Shown one piece after another: positions 31,233 to 41,309 of a stretch of DNA of 64,000 bases (positions are counted from its first letter, which is position 1; the number at the start of each line of letters is the position of its first letter). Source of the DNA: Candidatus Sumerlaeaceae bacterium (GTDB taxonomy: Bacteria > Sumerlaeota > Sumerlaeia > Sumerlaeales > Sumerlaeaceae); the NCBI GenBank assembly GCA_049968255.1, contig JBMFRB010000003.1, positions 32,001 to 96,000 on the forward strand, in the 5' to 3' direction. The position numbers were made by a program, and so were the translations under genes. Under the pieces are notes generated by a model. It searched no databases. It was given only the letters and a program-made list of their open reading frames with translations, and was not told the DNA's origin.

Positions 31233-31248
31233 CGGCATGACCCTTGCA
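31233..31248 (+). promoter_or_regulatory. Possible sigma-54 promoter
   Basis: CGGCAT-GACCC-TTGCA has GG-N10-GC spacing, ~140 nt upstream of PASTA gene. Confidence 0.35.
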
Positions 31249-31388
31249 TCGTGCGGTGCGTGCGCTGCCCCCTAGATATTCCGTGAATGCGCTGCTTGGT
31301 AAAGCACTAGTGCAGCGCAGGGCCGCGGATCGCGCTTGCAGGCGTGCCTTGCGGCGAGTCTAGTGCAGGAATAGCGCGACCGACGCGG

Positions 31389-32417
31389 ATGGAAAAGCGA
31401 CGCAAGAAGATAAAGAAAACGAAGGCGAGCCGCGGCATTCTGGCGCTGTTTCGGCGCAAAATCGAAAACGTTGAGCAGCCGGTGGTGGCCTCAGAGGAGA
31501 ACAAGCCACAGACCAGCGCCGATGCGACATTGAGCGATAATTCGACGCTGCGCCTCGCCATTGTTTCCGACGACAGTGCAGAGCGTGAAGTGGCGCCCGG
31601 CCCTGCTTTGCGCAGCTCGGATGCTGGCTCTTTGGCTCCGCAGCAAGGTTCTGCCGCGTCGCACGACTCCACTGCCGCTTTTTCGCCCAAACGCCGTGCT
31701 GCAGAGGCTGCTTCGCAAGCGTATCGGCGCCTGAGCGCGGACGAAATGCGCCGGCGACATCCTAGCCGCCGCTCTCCCTTGAAACGCGTGGACGAAGTGC
31801 GTGTGCGCCGCAGCGAGGGGGGGCTGTTTGCTTTCATCTTCAGCCTCATCGGCTTGGTCATCCGGATGACAATCGTCGTGGTGCTAGTTGGCGCCATTGG
31901 CGCCTTCGTTGGCTACGAAATGGTGCGCTTTTACGTCCGCACTGAAGAAGTTGTCGTGCCAAATGTGCGTGGCATGAAAGAGGCCGACGCTCTTGATGTG
32001 CTAGCGCAGAAGAAATTGGGCCTTCTCAAAGAGCGTGTGGAACCGAATCCGCTTGTTGCGCCGGGCGAAATTATCGAGCAAAAGCCGCCTCCGGGCGGAA
32101 AAGCCAAGCAGGGCACCTTGGTGCGCGTGGTGGTGAGCAGCGGCCGGGCAAACTATATCGTGCCGGATGTTGTGGGCGAGCGGCGGGAAAACGCTGTCAA
32201 CAAAATCCGCGGCGCAGGCCTCGAGGTTGGCGATATTTCTTACCTCGAGAGCGAAACTGTGCCCCGCGACTGCGTGATTAGCCAAAATCCTGAGCCGAAC
32301 AAAGGACTGGAGAAATCCGAGCCGGTGCATTTGCTGCTGAGCAAGGGGCCGCCCAAGTCATCTGCAAGTCCTTTGCCTACGCCCCCTGGTGCGGCAGCGG
32401 CGACGCCAGCGCCATAA
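31389..32417 (+). CDS. Membrane protein with two PASTA domains and no catalytic domain
   Basis: VVPNVRG..IIEQKPPPG..VVSSG and VPDVVG..VISQNP..LLSKG after a TM. Confidence 0.9.
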   Translation: MEKRRKKIKKTKASRGILALFRRKIENVEQPVVASEENKPQTSADATLSDNSTLRLAIVSDDSAEREVAPGPALRSSDAGSLAPQQGSAASHDSTAAFSPKRRAAEAASQAYRRLSADEMRRRHPSRRSPLKRVDEVRVRRSEGGLFAFIFSLIGLVIRMTIVVVLVGAIGAFVGYEMVRFYVRTEEVVVPNVRGMKEADALDVLAQKKLGLLKERVEPNPLVAPGEIIEQKPPPGGKAKQGTLVRVVVSSGRANYIVPDVVGERRENAVNKIRGAGLEVGDISYLESETVPRDCVISQNPEPNKGLEKSEPVHLLLSKGPPKSSASPLPTPPGAAAATPAP

Positions 32418-32622
32418 GCCCACGCTTCTACGTTGTGGGTTTCGTGCCCATCGCAGAACTTTGGCCCGAGAACACGTAATCGCATGCAGAGGAGAGGCCC
32501 TTTCCTCGCAGGCAATTGTCTGCGCCTGAGCAGCGGTATGGCGTGGAAGCCATTTTGTCCGCACCCTCTCCATTGCAAATTGCACTTGCAATGCCACCTT
32601 GCGCCGTCCCCATCCTAAAGTC

Positions 32623-33975
32623 ATGAGTTCACAACCAATGATCAGCGTCGCTGGGATTCGCGGCATTGTCGGCGATTCTCTCACCCCTGAATCTTTCATT
32701 CGCTACGTGCTGGCTTTCGGCACCCTTATCGAAGGCGGCCCGGTGGTAGTTGGCAGCGACACACGCCTCACGCGCGACATGATGCGCCACCTAGCGTTTG
32801 CCGCATTGGAATCGTGCGGCTGCAAAATTTACGACATCGGACTCGTGCCCACCCCTACGGTGGGACTCATGGTGCGCGAGCTGGGCGCGTCGGGCGGTAT
32901 CGCCATCACCGCTAGTCACAACCCAGCCGAGTGGAACGCGTACAAATTCTTTGACGAGCAGGGCTCCTTCCTCACGAAAGAACAGAATCTGCGACTGATT
33001 GAAATCGTGAGCTCGGGTGCATTCCGCAGGGCAACTTATCGCACAGTCGGAAAAGTGAACCGCGTGACCACCGCAATCGAGCGCCACATTGAAAAAGTGT
33101 TGACCGAAGTTGACGTGAAAGCCATCCGGGCCCGGCGTTTCCGCGTTGTGGCCGACTGCGTAAATGGCGTGGGAGCCATGATACTGCCCCCTCTGCTCGA
33201 CAAACTCGGCTGCACGTCGAAACTTCTTTTCGACGATATCAACCGCGAGTTCGCACACAACCCCGAGCCGCTCCCTGAAAATCTCGCAGAGCTTTGTGAG
33301 CAGGTGAGGAAATCCGGTGCAGACCTGGGCATTGCCGTGGATCCCGACGCCGATCGGCTCGCACTCGTCGACGAAACAGGTCGACCGCTCGGCGAGGAAA
33401 GGACAGTGACGCTTGCGGCGGCTTCAATCCTCGAACGGAAGAAAGGTCCTGTGGTGGTGAACCTCTCCACCACGCGTGCTATGGACGATGTGACAAAGGC
33501 AGCCGGCGTTCCGCTTTATCGCACGCCGATCGGCGAAGCCAACGTTGTTGCGAAAATTCGCGCCACGAATGCCGTGTTTGGTGGCGAAGGCAATGGCGGA
33601 GTCATCTATCCAGCCGTGCACTGCGGTCGAGATGCTGCCACTGGCATCGCGCTCATTCTTGATACGCTTGCGCGCAAGGGGGTCGCGCTGTCGCAGCTGA
33701 ACAGCCAGATACCCGACTACAAAATCGTGAAGACCAAGTTTGCGCGCGGCGACCGCAATGTGGCCGAAATTCTCGCTCGTATGCGCGAAGAATTTCGCGA
33801 TGCCCTCGAGCTTGTCAGCGAAGACGGTCTGAAGGCGGTGTTTGCCGATTCGTGGGTGCACCTACGCCCTTCAGGCACCGAACCCGTGGTGCGCGTGTTT
33901 GCTGAAGCCCCTACACAAGCCGCTGCCCAGCAGCTTGTGGACCGCGTGTGGCAGCGCGTGATCAATATCGGCTGA
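32623..33975 (+). CDS. Phosphohexomutase (GlmM/ManB family)
   Basis: ITASHNP, DPDADR, GEGNGG, RPSGTEP. Confidence 0.92.
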   Translation: MSSQPMISVAGIRGIVGDSLTPESFIRYVLAFGTLIEGGPVVVGSDTRLTRDMMRHLAFAALESCGCKIYDIGLVPTPTVGLMVRELGASGGIAITASHNPAEWNAYKFFDEQGSFLTKEQNLRLIEIVSSGAFRRATYRTVGKVNRVTTAIERHIEKVLTEVDVKAIRARRFRVVADCVNGVGAMILPPLLDKLGCTSKLLFDDINREFAHNPEPLPENLAELCEQVRKSGADLGIAVDPDADRLALVDETGRPLGEERTVTLAAASILERKKGPVVVNLSTTRAMDDVTKAAGVPLYRTPIGEANVVAKIRATNAVFGGEGNGGVIYPAVHCGRDAATGIALILDTLARKGVALSQLNSQIPDYKIVKTKFARGDRNVAEILARMREEFRDALELVSEDGLKAVFADSWVHLRPSGTEPVVRVFAEAPTQAAAQQLVDRVWQRVINIG

Positions 33976-34107
33976 AAGCCAAGCCAGACCGGGAGAGCCA
34001 TCCGGAGGCGCGTCACGCCCGGCGAGAATTGCTTGCAGCGGTCATGCCCACGTTGCGAAAAGATTAAGCGTCGCGAGAGAGACAACGATGCAACAGCGGG
34101 CGCAACC

Positions 34108-35334
34108 ATGAGCGGGCGGCTACGGGATCTTGTTTTTGTTGGCGCTGTGGCTTTTGGCGTCGCGACGGGCGCGCACGAGCAGGGGGCTTGCGCAGCGTCG
34201 GCGCGCAAGCCAGCGGCGAGTACTGATGTGGGCGTGCTCGTGCTTCCCGTTCGTCCAGCGGGAAAGAGTGCTCAGGGGCAAGTTCTCCGTGCCTCGATGC
34301 ATGAGGATGATCCTGTGGTTAAGCATGCTCAAACGGCGGAGGCAGAAAACGAGGGGGCCGCTGGCGAATCCCTGAGCACATCCGATAGAAAAGTTGTGCC
34401 GACATTTTACGGAGATTTTGCGCCGGCCTCGCGAATGAGGCACGAGGAGGTCCAAGCACCCCCACAACCCTCCGCGGCGCCGAAAGAGGAGTCTACTTTG
34501 GCATCGCAGGCTCCTGAGGAGCATCGTAGCGCCACTCCATCTGCCGCACAACCTGTCGCAGGCTCCACGACGCTACTCTCATACGAGCGAACCCGCGAAA
34601 TTTTTCGAGAGCTTGTGCCTTCGGCAACGACCTTCGTCACCGACCACCGCCGGCGCCCGGCGAACTGTCCCATTCCGTTGACCCTGCGCGGAAAGGGGTT
34701 CGACGGACGCGACCTTCCCATCGGCCAAGAGGATCCCTACCGCGATCGCCTGCCGCCGAATTTCATGCCGACGGATTTGGTGCTCCTTCCCGCCGAGTAT
34801 TGCTATGCTAGTCAACCGATCTATCTGCGGCGCGAAGCAGCCGAGTCGCTCCTACGGATGATCCGCGACGCGCAGCGCCAGGGGCTGACACTGCGCGTCG
34901 TGAGTGGCTACCGCGACTATAGCCACCAGGAGCGCCTCTATCGCCAGAACGGTGGGCGGCGCGGAGCGCGGACTGTAGGGCGGCCGGGTAAAAGCGAGCA
35001 CATGCTTGGCACTACCGTGGATTTCACTTCCACTGAGCGCTTCTTATTGAAGCCCTCGTTTGCGACCACACCGGAGGGCAAATGGCTGGCCCGCAATGCA
35101 CAGCGCTACGGTTGGAAGCTCACGGTCGTCAGTGGCAATCGCGTCATCGAGCCATGGCATTTCCGCTACTTTGGCAGTGCATTGGGCAAGTCCGTGGCCA
35201 GCGTACCACGCGACGGGGTGGTCAGACGCGCGCTCGACAACGCCACCGCCCCTGTTCGCGGAACTTTGGCAAAACCATTGCGCGCGGCCGAGCGTCTTTT
35301 CGGCTCGATGTTTAAAAGTAAGGCAAGGGAATAA
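34108..35334 (+). CDS. Exported M15B (VanY-type) carboxypeptidase
   Basis: SGYR, SEHMLGTTVD, EPWHFRY; signal peptide and long linker. Confidence 0.88.
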   Translation: MSGRLRDLVFVGAVAFGVATGAHEQGACAASARKPAASTDVGVLVLPVRPAGKSAQGQVLRASMHEDDPVVKHAQTAEAENEGAAGESLSTSDRKVVPTFYGDFAPASRMRHEEVQAPPQPSAAPKEESTLASQAPEEHRSATPSAAQPVAGSTTLLSYERTREIFRELVPSATTFVTDHRRRPANCPIPLTLRGKGFDGRDLPIGQEDPYRDRLPPNFMPTDLVLLPAEYCYASQPIYLRREAAESLLRMIRDAQRQGLTLRVVSGYRDYSHQERLYRQNGGRRGARTVGRPGKSEHMLGTTVDFTSTERFLLKPSFATTPEGKWLARNAQRYGWKLTVVSGNRVIEPWHFRYFGSALGKSVASVPRDGVVRRALDNATAPVRGTLAKPLRAAERLFGSMFKSKARE

Positions 35335-35854
35335 GGTCGGCGGCGTTTGCTGAAAGCGCAAAGCCAGCGACGATCCACGCTGACCACTCGACACATGCCC
35401 TGGACGCGCGAAGAGTGGGGCTCACGTGGCTCAAAGGAATGAGCGAGCGGGAGCATCGCGCTGCACCGGAAGCCATTGACGAGAAGCAGGTGTATAGCAT
35501 TCACTAGCCAGCGGAGACAGACCATCGCAACCTCTTGTGGCTAAAAAAGGCCAAAGAAACGCCTCCAAGGATTGCATTGTTGGATAAGGTTCTCGATCCT
35601 AGGCTGATGGGCTTGGTTCCTCCCCATTCCAACAACGCCAGGCGCCGCCCACCAATGCCAATGAAACGCACTGCAGTCATGGCCGTTGGGTACCCTGACT
35701 GCGCACGCAATCGCCCGGCCCTCAAATTCTCCGCCCTCGGCTGGGGGCGAAAGCCACGTCGGCCAAAAGCTCGTTGCCGTCACTGCCTTATGCAGGGACC
35801 GCGGTCAAGCCGCCTGGCGGCAACTCCTTCATTGTGGCAGTCCGCTATGGCGCC

Positions 35855-36319
35855 TTATTTTACGTCCACGAGTTCGGTTTCGAAAATAAGCGTAGCATTG
35901 GGGGGAATGACAGGCGGAAAGCCGCGCTCGCCGTAGCCGAGTTCGGGAGGGATAGTGAGTCGGCGTTTTCCCCCGACTTTCATGCCGACAAGTCCTTCAT
36001 CCCAGCCCTTGATCACCATGCCGCTCCCGAGCTTAAAAGAGAACGGGCGCTGGCCGGGGTGATCGAAAGAGCTATCGAACTTTTTGCCGTTTGTGAGTTT
36101 TCCGGTATAGTGGACAAAGATCGTTTTGCCGGGCTGAGCTTCGGCGCCGGTGCCAACCACGATGTCTTCAATCTTGAGCCCTGAGGGCAAAACTTGTGTC
36201 ATGGACGTCTCCACATTGGAATGTGTTACGGTCTTTGTCGCTGTGGTTTGGGCACTTGCACCCCCGCAGAGGGCGAGGGTTGTCAACCCGGCCACTAGCA
36301 TTGACACTCGAGGCTTCAT
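35855..36319 (-). CDS. Exported FKBP-type peptidyl-prolyl isomerase
   Basis: [32 protein letters not shown]; signal peptide. Confidence 0.95.
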   Translation of the reverse strand: MKPRVSMLVAGLTTLALCGGASAQTTATKTVTHSNVETSMTQVLPSGLKIEDIVVGTGAEAQPGKTIFVHYTGKLTNGKKFDSSFDHPGQRPFSFKLGSGMVIKGWDEGLVGMKVGGKRRLTIPPELGYGERGFPPVIPPNATLIFETELVDVK

Positions 36320-36583
36320 TATGCTTTCCTCCGTTTTAGTCGATGCAGAAAATCAGTTGTGCGCGCCAGAACACCGATTTTTTGCGCCGAATGCATCAGG
36401 CTGAAGTTTCTAGGGACATTGTTACATCGCGCGGGAAAAATCATCGTTGCGAAATCCAAAAGATGCGTGGGCTAGTCCGCAAGAGGATGCTTTAGGGCCT
36501 TTTCCCTCGTGGTTTTGTCTGACACTCTGTTAGTTGCTCAATCCACGGTCTTGGCTATTGGGTTAGCTGATGAGACAATGCGC

Positions 36584-36632
36584 CGCGCCCCCCTTCGCTT
36601 TTGGGCTTGTTGCCTACGCTTCGGGGGGCGCG
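36584..36632. repeat. Perfect 10-bp inverted repeat downstream of the metallopeptidase
   Basis: CGCGCCCCCC / GGGGGGCGCG with 29-nt spacer; no U tract. Confidence 0.5.
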
Positions 36633-36671
36633 AATCGTTAGTCCTGTGACGTTCGTCTCGCAGAGCGCTGC

Positions 36672-37580
36672 TTAGTATAGGCTCCACTCCTCGACGTGAG
36701 CCGGCGGTAGCACTGTCCAGCCGATGTCCTGGAATGCCTCCTTGGTAAGATCGATGTCGTGATGGGGGCCAAAGTAGGCTGGTTCCATGAGCAAGTTGGG
36801 TGTGTTTGACGGATCCCAATGCGAGATACTCGAGCCGTTTTCGTAGGGGTTGGGCGCATAGATTTTCACGAGCCCGCCCTTTGCGGCCACCACGTTGGGG
36901 CCATTCCAGTAGACCTGGTTGCTCGTCAGTGCTGCCAAGCGCTGTGAGTTCGTCATCGTGTCGAAATCGCCCACGCCTTGCTGGGTGAGCTGCAAACCGT
37001 AGATATCCGGCACGCCTGACAGCCATTGACCGTTCGATGAGTCAATCAAATCGACGAAACCGTAGCCGTGACCGAATTCGTGAAGGACAACTGTGACAAA
37101 GTCGATGTCGCTTCCTGCATTTCCGTCGGTTCCATAGTAAAAGCTCGTGGCACCGAGGACAACGGGGCCGTCCACGTCGGAGTTGAAGACAGCCGTAATG
37201 TCGGGTTGGGGACTGAGGTCGCTGCCATGAAGCTGATTGGCCAACGGCTGCGGATACCAGACGTTGGGCAGCGGTGCCCCCGAGAAGTTTGCATGGACGG
37301 TGGTGAAACCCGCCTGGCCAAGAACCGCGCTGGATGCATTACCGCCGAGTGGATCGAAACTCGCTTGAACTTGAACAGGAACTGTTCCCTGCAGACGGCT
37401 GGCCCACAAATTCATCGTATATTGGAAAGCATTCTGGCGAGCCGTTCCCAAAACAGGATCAAAAAAGCCCTCGCCGGCACTGTCGGTGTAAGTCACGTTG
37501 ACGGGGACAGCCGCAACTTCGAGAGTGGCCGCGCCCAGCAGTGCGACGAGCATACTGAATAGGCTGCGGTGGGTTCGCAT
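36672..37580 (-). CDS. Secreted zinc metallopeptidase-like protein
   Basis: Signal peptide; HEFGHGYGF, GSSISHWD, LLMEP; GGAG RBS. Confidence 0.85.
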   Translation of the reverse strand: MRTHRSLFSMLVALLGAATLEVAAVPVNVTYTDSAGEGFFDPVLGTARQNAFQYTMNLWASRLQGTVPVQVQASFDPLGGNASSAVLGQAGFTTVHANFSGAPLPNVWYPQPLANQLHGSDLSPQPDITAVFNSDVDGPVVLGATSFYYGTDGNAGSDIDFVTVVLHEFGHGYGFVDLIDSSNGQWLSGVPDIYGLQLTQQGVGDFDTMTNSQRLAALTSNQVYWNGPNVVAAKGGLVKIYAPNPYENGSSISHWDPSNTPNLLMEPAYFGPHHDIDLTKEAFQDIGWTVLPPAHVEEWSLY

Positions 37581-37585
37581 GGTGG

Positions 37586-37990
37586 TTACTCCTTTCCCTG
37601 CGTGGAAACTGAATCCGTGACAACCGGCTGGCAGTTGAAGTGCAATTGCCCCTGCGCGTCCTTCGTCGTTGTGACAGCGCGATGGAAACGTCCTTTCAGA
37701 TCCACAGTTATTCCGCCAGCGGGATTGTTTTCGACCACAAGTCCCTCGTGGCGCGATGCAGGGGCCTTTTTCACAACCTGTGGCGGCACAGCTTGCACGG
37801 GCTTGCCGTTTGCGTCGAGATTGACAACAAATCCGGCTGCTGCGGTGGTGGATGTTGTCTTTTTGTCGTCTGAAGGCTTGCGCTCGCCGGCGGGGACGCT
37901 CACAGGCACCAACGCTACGAGAAGAGCCATGGCCACGATGGCTCTTGCCGGGCACCAGCCGATGTTCTTGTGCTCCCGTCGTGTTTGCAT
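37586..37990 (-). CDS. Small secreted protein resembling the post-PEP-CTERM-1 domain
   Basis: Signal-like segment; GLVVENNPAGGITVDLKGRF...DAQGQLHFNC; AGGAGG RBS. Confidence 0.65.
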   Translation of the reverse strand: MQTRREHKNIGWCPARAIVAMALLVALVPVSVPAGERKPSDDKKTTSTTAAAGFVVNLDANGKPVQAVPPQVVKKAPASRHEGLVVENNPAGGITVDLKGRFHRAVTTTKDAQGQLHFNCQPVVTDSVSTQGKE

Positions 37991-38105
37991 TTGCAGGGAC
38001 CCTCCTCGGATTGCATGACGATAGTCACTTTGGAGACAAGCACAATGCTCGTACTCTTTCGTGTGTGTCCACTAAGGATAGGTAAAACAAAAGCGGGGTG
38101 TCAAC

Positions 38106-38423
38106 TTAATGTTTGATCAATGGCGCCGTTGTCTCACTTGACTCGTGCTGAAGGAGTTTCACCACCAGGCTGAATCTTTGCTTCGCTACCCGATCCCCCA
38201 CACTGAGCCGATCGAGCTGATCGCGCGGTAAAATCACTCGGAAATAGCGCCCCTCATCATCACGCACAACCACGTAGCCGTTAGGCCCCTGGTCTGGCAG
38301 CACAATTTGGGTCACATTACCTTGCCACTCACTAAAGAATCCTTGCCCTTTCCAAACGAGGGCAGCTACAAGAAGTAGAAGCAAGACGCCGATACGCGTC
38401 CACTGTCTCTGTTTTGCTGTCAT
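38106..38423 (-). CDS. Small single-TM hypothetical protein
   Basis: TM plus beta-rich domain (WQGNVT...LSVGDRVAK); ATGA overlap with ruvB. Confidence 0.7.
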   Translation of the reverse strand: MTAKQRQWTRIGVLLLLLVAALVWKGQGFFSEWQGNVTQIVLPDQGPNGYVVVRDDEGRYFRVILPRDQLDRLSVGDRVAKQRFSLVVKLLQHESSETTAPLIKH

Positions 38424-39436
38424 TGAAAAAGCTCCATCTGCCGCTTTGGCGTGGCAAATCCCAGATGGCGGTAGGCTGCTTCCGTGGCGACGCGCCCGCG
38501 TGGGGTGCGTTGGATAAAACCTAGCTGAATGAGGAACGGCTCGATCATATCTTCGATGGTCTCTTCGTCCTCGCCAATGGAGACGGCAATGTTGTTCAGC
38601 CCCACGGGTCCTCCGCTGAATTTCTCAATGACGGTGTGCAGATAAGCGCGATCGAGATTGTCGAGGCCCAGTGCATCGATCTCGAGCAGGTTGAGCGCAT
38701 GGGCAGCCATAGCTCCGTTGATGGTGCCATCGCCTTGCACTTGGGCAAAATCGCGCACTCGGCGCAAGATGCGGTTGGCAATGCGCGGAGTGCCTCGCGC
38801 ACGGCGGGCAATTTCTTCGCAGCCGGTTTCGTCCATTATCACACCAAGAATTCGCGCCGAACGACGCACGATCGTCATCATCTCGTCGGTGGAGTAAAAA
38901 TCGAGCCTCTCGGTGATGCCAAACCGAGAACGCAACGGTGAGGAAATCATCCCTGCGCGGGTGGTGGCACCGACCAGCGTGAAAGGGGGCAAGTGAAGCT
39001 TGATGGATTTGGCGTGTGGCCCTTCGCCGATGAGGATGTCAATTTTGAAGTCCTCCAGCGCAGGGTAAAGGCACTCTTCCACGAGGCGGTTGAGGCGATG
39101 AATTTCATCAATGAACAAAACATCACCTTTCTTGAGATCCGTGAGGATAGCGGCGAGATCGTCCTTGCGCTCGATGACGGGGCCGCTGGTGGCCTTGATA
39201 TCGGTGCCCATCTCGTTGGCGATGATATGGGCCAGGGTGGTCTTGCCGAGGCCGGGCGGACCGAAGAGTAGGCAATGATCCAGAGCATCGTCGCGCTGGC
39301 GAGCGGCTGCGATATAGACGCGCAGATTCTCGATGAGGCGGCGCTGACCGATAAACTCATCGAGCCGCTGGGGACGCAACGTTGCTTCTTCGCGATCTTC
39401 TCCCTCGTCGCGCTTGGGGGATACAATAGATGTCAT
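38420..39436 (-). CDS. ruvB: Holliday junction helicase RuvB
   Basis: [33 protein letters not shown]. Confidence 0.97.
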   Translation of the reverse strand: MTSIVSPKRDEGEDREEATLRPQRLDEFIGQRRLIENLRVYIAAARQRDDALDHCLLFGPPGLGKTTLAHIIANEMGTDIKATSGPVIERKDDLAAILTDLKKGDVLFIDEIHRLNRLVEECLYPALEDFKIDILIGEGPHAKSIKLHLPPFTLVGATTRAGMISSPLRSRFGITERLDFYSTDEMMTIVRRSARILGVIMDETGCEEIARRARGTPRIANRILRRVRDFAQVQGDGTINGAMAAHALNLLEIDALGLDNLDRAYLHTVIEKFSGGPVGLNNIAVSIGEDEETIEDMIEPFLIQLGFIQRTPRGRVATEAAYRHLGFATPKRQMELFQ

Positions 39437-39572
39437 CGCAGCGTCAGTAGTCCCTCATTTGAGAGTGTTCGTGCAATAACCAAAGTGCGCCCCGAGCATT
39501 TCGACGGACCGGAGCGTGGACAATCTTCCCGCATGGTGATTTGCCCTTTGTGGCGTCCGTCGTGGAAAAACA

Positions 39573-39989
39573 TCAATTGCTAAGCAGACGATAAATGGCT
39601 GTGAGCTCCTCGCGGAGCTGTCCGATCGTGTGGGTAATCTCTCGTACCCATTCGTGGTCAGCCGCTCGTGGTGGTGTCGGCATGGCGGGTTGGGCCTCCG
39701 CTACAGGCGTCGAGTTCGCGCCAGCCCCGCGACGCATGGCTTTGAGCTGCTGGCGCGCGCCGGCTAGCGTGAACTTTTGCTGGTACACGAGCTTCTTAAT
39801 CTGAAGAATCAGCTCGATGTCAGATTTGCGGTAACGACGCTCGCCTTTTTCGTCGCGCTCTGGCCGCAGCATCGGGAATTCCGATTCCCAATAACGGAGG
39901 ATGTACGGCTGGATGCCGGTGATTTCCGCCACATCGTTGATACGGAAATAGAGCTTGTTGGGGATGTTGGGCTGCTCTGACTGGCTCAT
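39573..39989 (-). CDS. MerR-family transcriptional regulator
   Basis: KLYFRI..VA...LRYWESEF..RRY; GGAGG RBS. Confidence 0.9.
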   Translation of the reverse strand: MSQSEQPNIPNKLYFRINDVAEITGIQPYILRYWESEFPMLRPERDEKGERRYRKSDIELILQIKKLVYQQKFTLAGARQQLKAMRRGAGANSTPVAEAQPAMPTPPRAADHEWVREITHTIGQLREELTAIYRLLSN

Positions 39990-40331
39990 AAGCGATAATC
40001 CTCCATGCGTCGCGTTCTTCGCTCTATTCGGTTCTCGCACTCTCGCTCCAACGCATGCGACAATCAATGAAAGTCCACACGCTCGTTCAAAATCGCGGTG
40101 GTGTGCAACACCCGCCGACACAAGCCAGCGAGGAACACTTCTGTCGCTTTGCTATGCGGTCCCCATGAGTCACCATTGAAATGACGCGGCTATTCTTCGG
40201 TTGTACTTTGCCGTTGTCAAGAGTGGGCGAGGCGGCCACGAAGGGGCTTTTTTGTCTCATGCGATCTGGCATCTTTGCACATGTACGGATATGCTGGACA
40301 ATGCGAGGCGAAGGCGGTTCAAAGCAATTCC

Positions 40332-41057
40332 ATGATTTTGGGAATCGAATCGTCAGGAAACACTGGCGGGGTGGCGCTGCTCGACAAGAACGGTCTGCGT
40401 GGTACGGCGATGGTCACCAGCCGCATGCTTTACTCGCAGCGCCTGTTGCCATCCATTGAGTGGCTGCTGCAGCGCTCAGGCGCTCATATGAGCGATGTCA
40501 CGGGCATCGCCGTGTCGCTTGGCCCAGGGTCATTCACAGGATTGCGTGTGGGACTTAGCACAGCGAAAGGATTAGCTTTTGCGCAGAAGCTTCCGATCGT
40601 CGGAGTCTCTACGCTCGAAGCCCTTGCTCTACGGGCGGCTGTTCCATGGCTTGCTTGCCGAGTCTGTACAGTGCTCGACGCTCGCCACGATCTGCTTTAC
40701 GCGGCACTCTACGTCGTTGCGAACCAGGCGCTGGCTGAGTCCTCTCCTGAATTGGGTTCAGCCGCAGCTGTGCAAGTGCTTCAGCCGCCGCAGGTCAGCA
40801 CGCCGGCGATGGTGGCCGAATGGATTAGCGAACCAACTGTGTTTGCGGGTGATGCCGCCCTCGAGCGTCGCTCAATGTGGCAGAGCTTGCTCGGACCGAA
40901 TTTTCTCCTTCCGCCGATTCATCGCGTGCTGCCTTCTGCCGAAGAAGTGGCATTTCTCGGAGCACAGCGTCTTGTGCGAGGCGAGAGCGATTCCCTGCCT
41001 GCCCTCGAACCATTTTATTTGCGGCGCAGTTATACCGAAAACCGAAAAACGCCTTAG
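40332..41057 (+). CDS. tsaB: t6A biosynthesis protein TsaB
   Basis: MILGIESS, GPGSFTGLRVG, DAR, LEPFYLR. Confidence 0.93.
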   Translation: MILGIESSGNTGGVALLDKNGLRGTAMVTSRMLYSQRLLPSIEWLLQRSGAHMSDVTGIAVSLGPGSFTGLRVGLSTAKGLAFAQKLPIVGVSTLEALALRAAVPWLACRVCTVLDARHDLLYAALYVVANQALAESSPELGSAAAVQVLQPPQVSTPAMVAEWISEPTVFAGDAALERRSMWQSLLGPNFLLPPIHRVLPSAEEVAFLGAQRLVRGESDSLPALEPFYLRRSYTENRKTP

Positions 41058-41309
41058 CGTGCCCGCTTTGCGCACTCCTCGACAGGAAGCCCACCGTCGC
41101 GTGGCTGACCTGCCTCTGTGGGCCTTTGAGAGTTAGAGCCGGCAAACGAAGATTGAGGGAAGAAAGCGATTATAATAACAGAATAATTAGTTATTGCACA
41201 CATTTATTACCCATAAATCACTTTCAGCCGTCGAGCTTTTTTGCAATTTTCCTTTCACAATGTCGGCAAGCGATTCGATTCCTTCTTGAGCAGCATCAAC
41301 ACGAACGCG

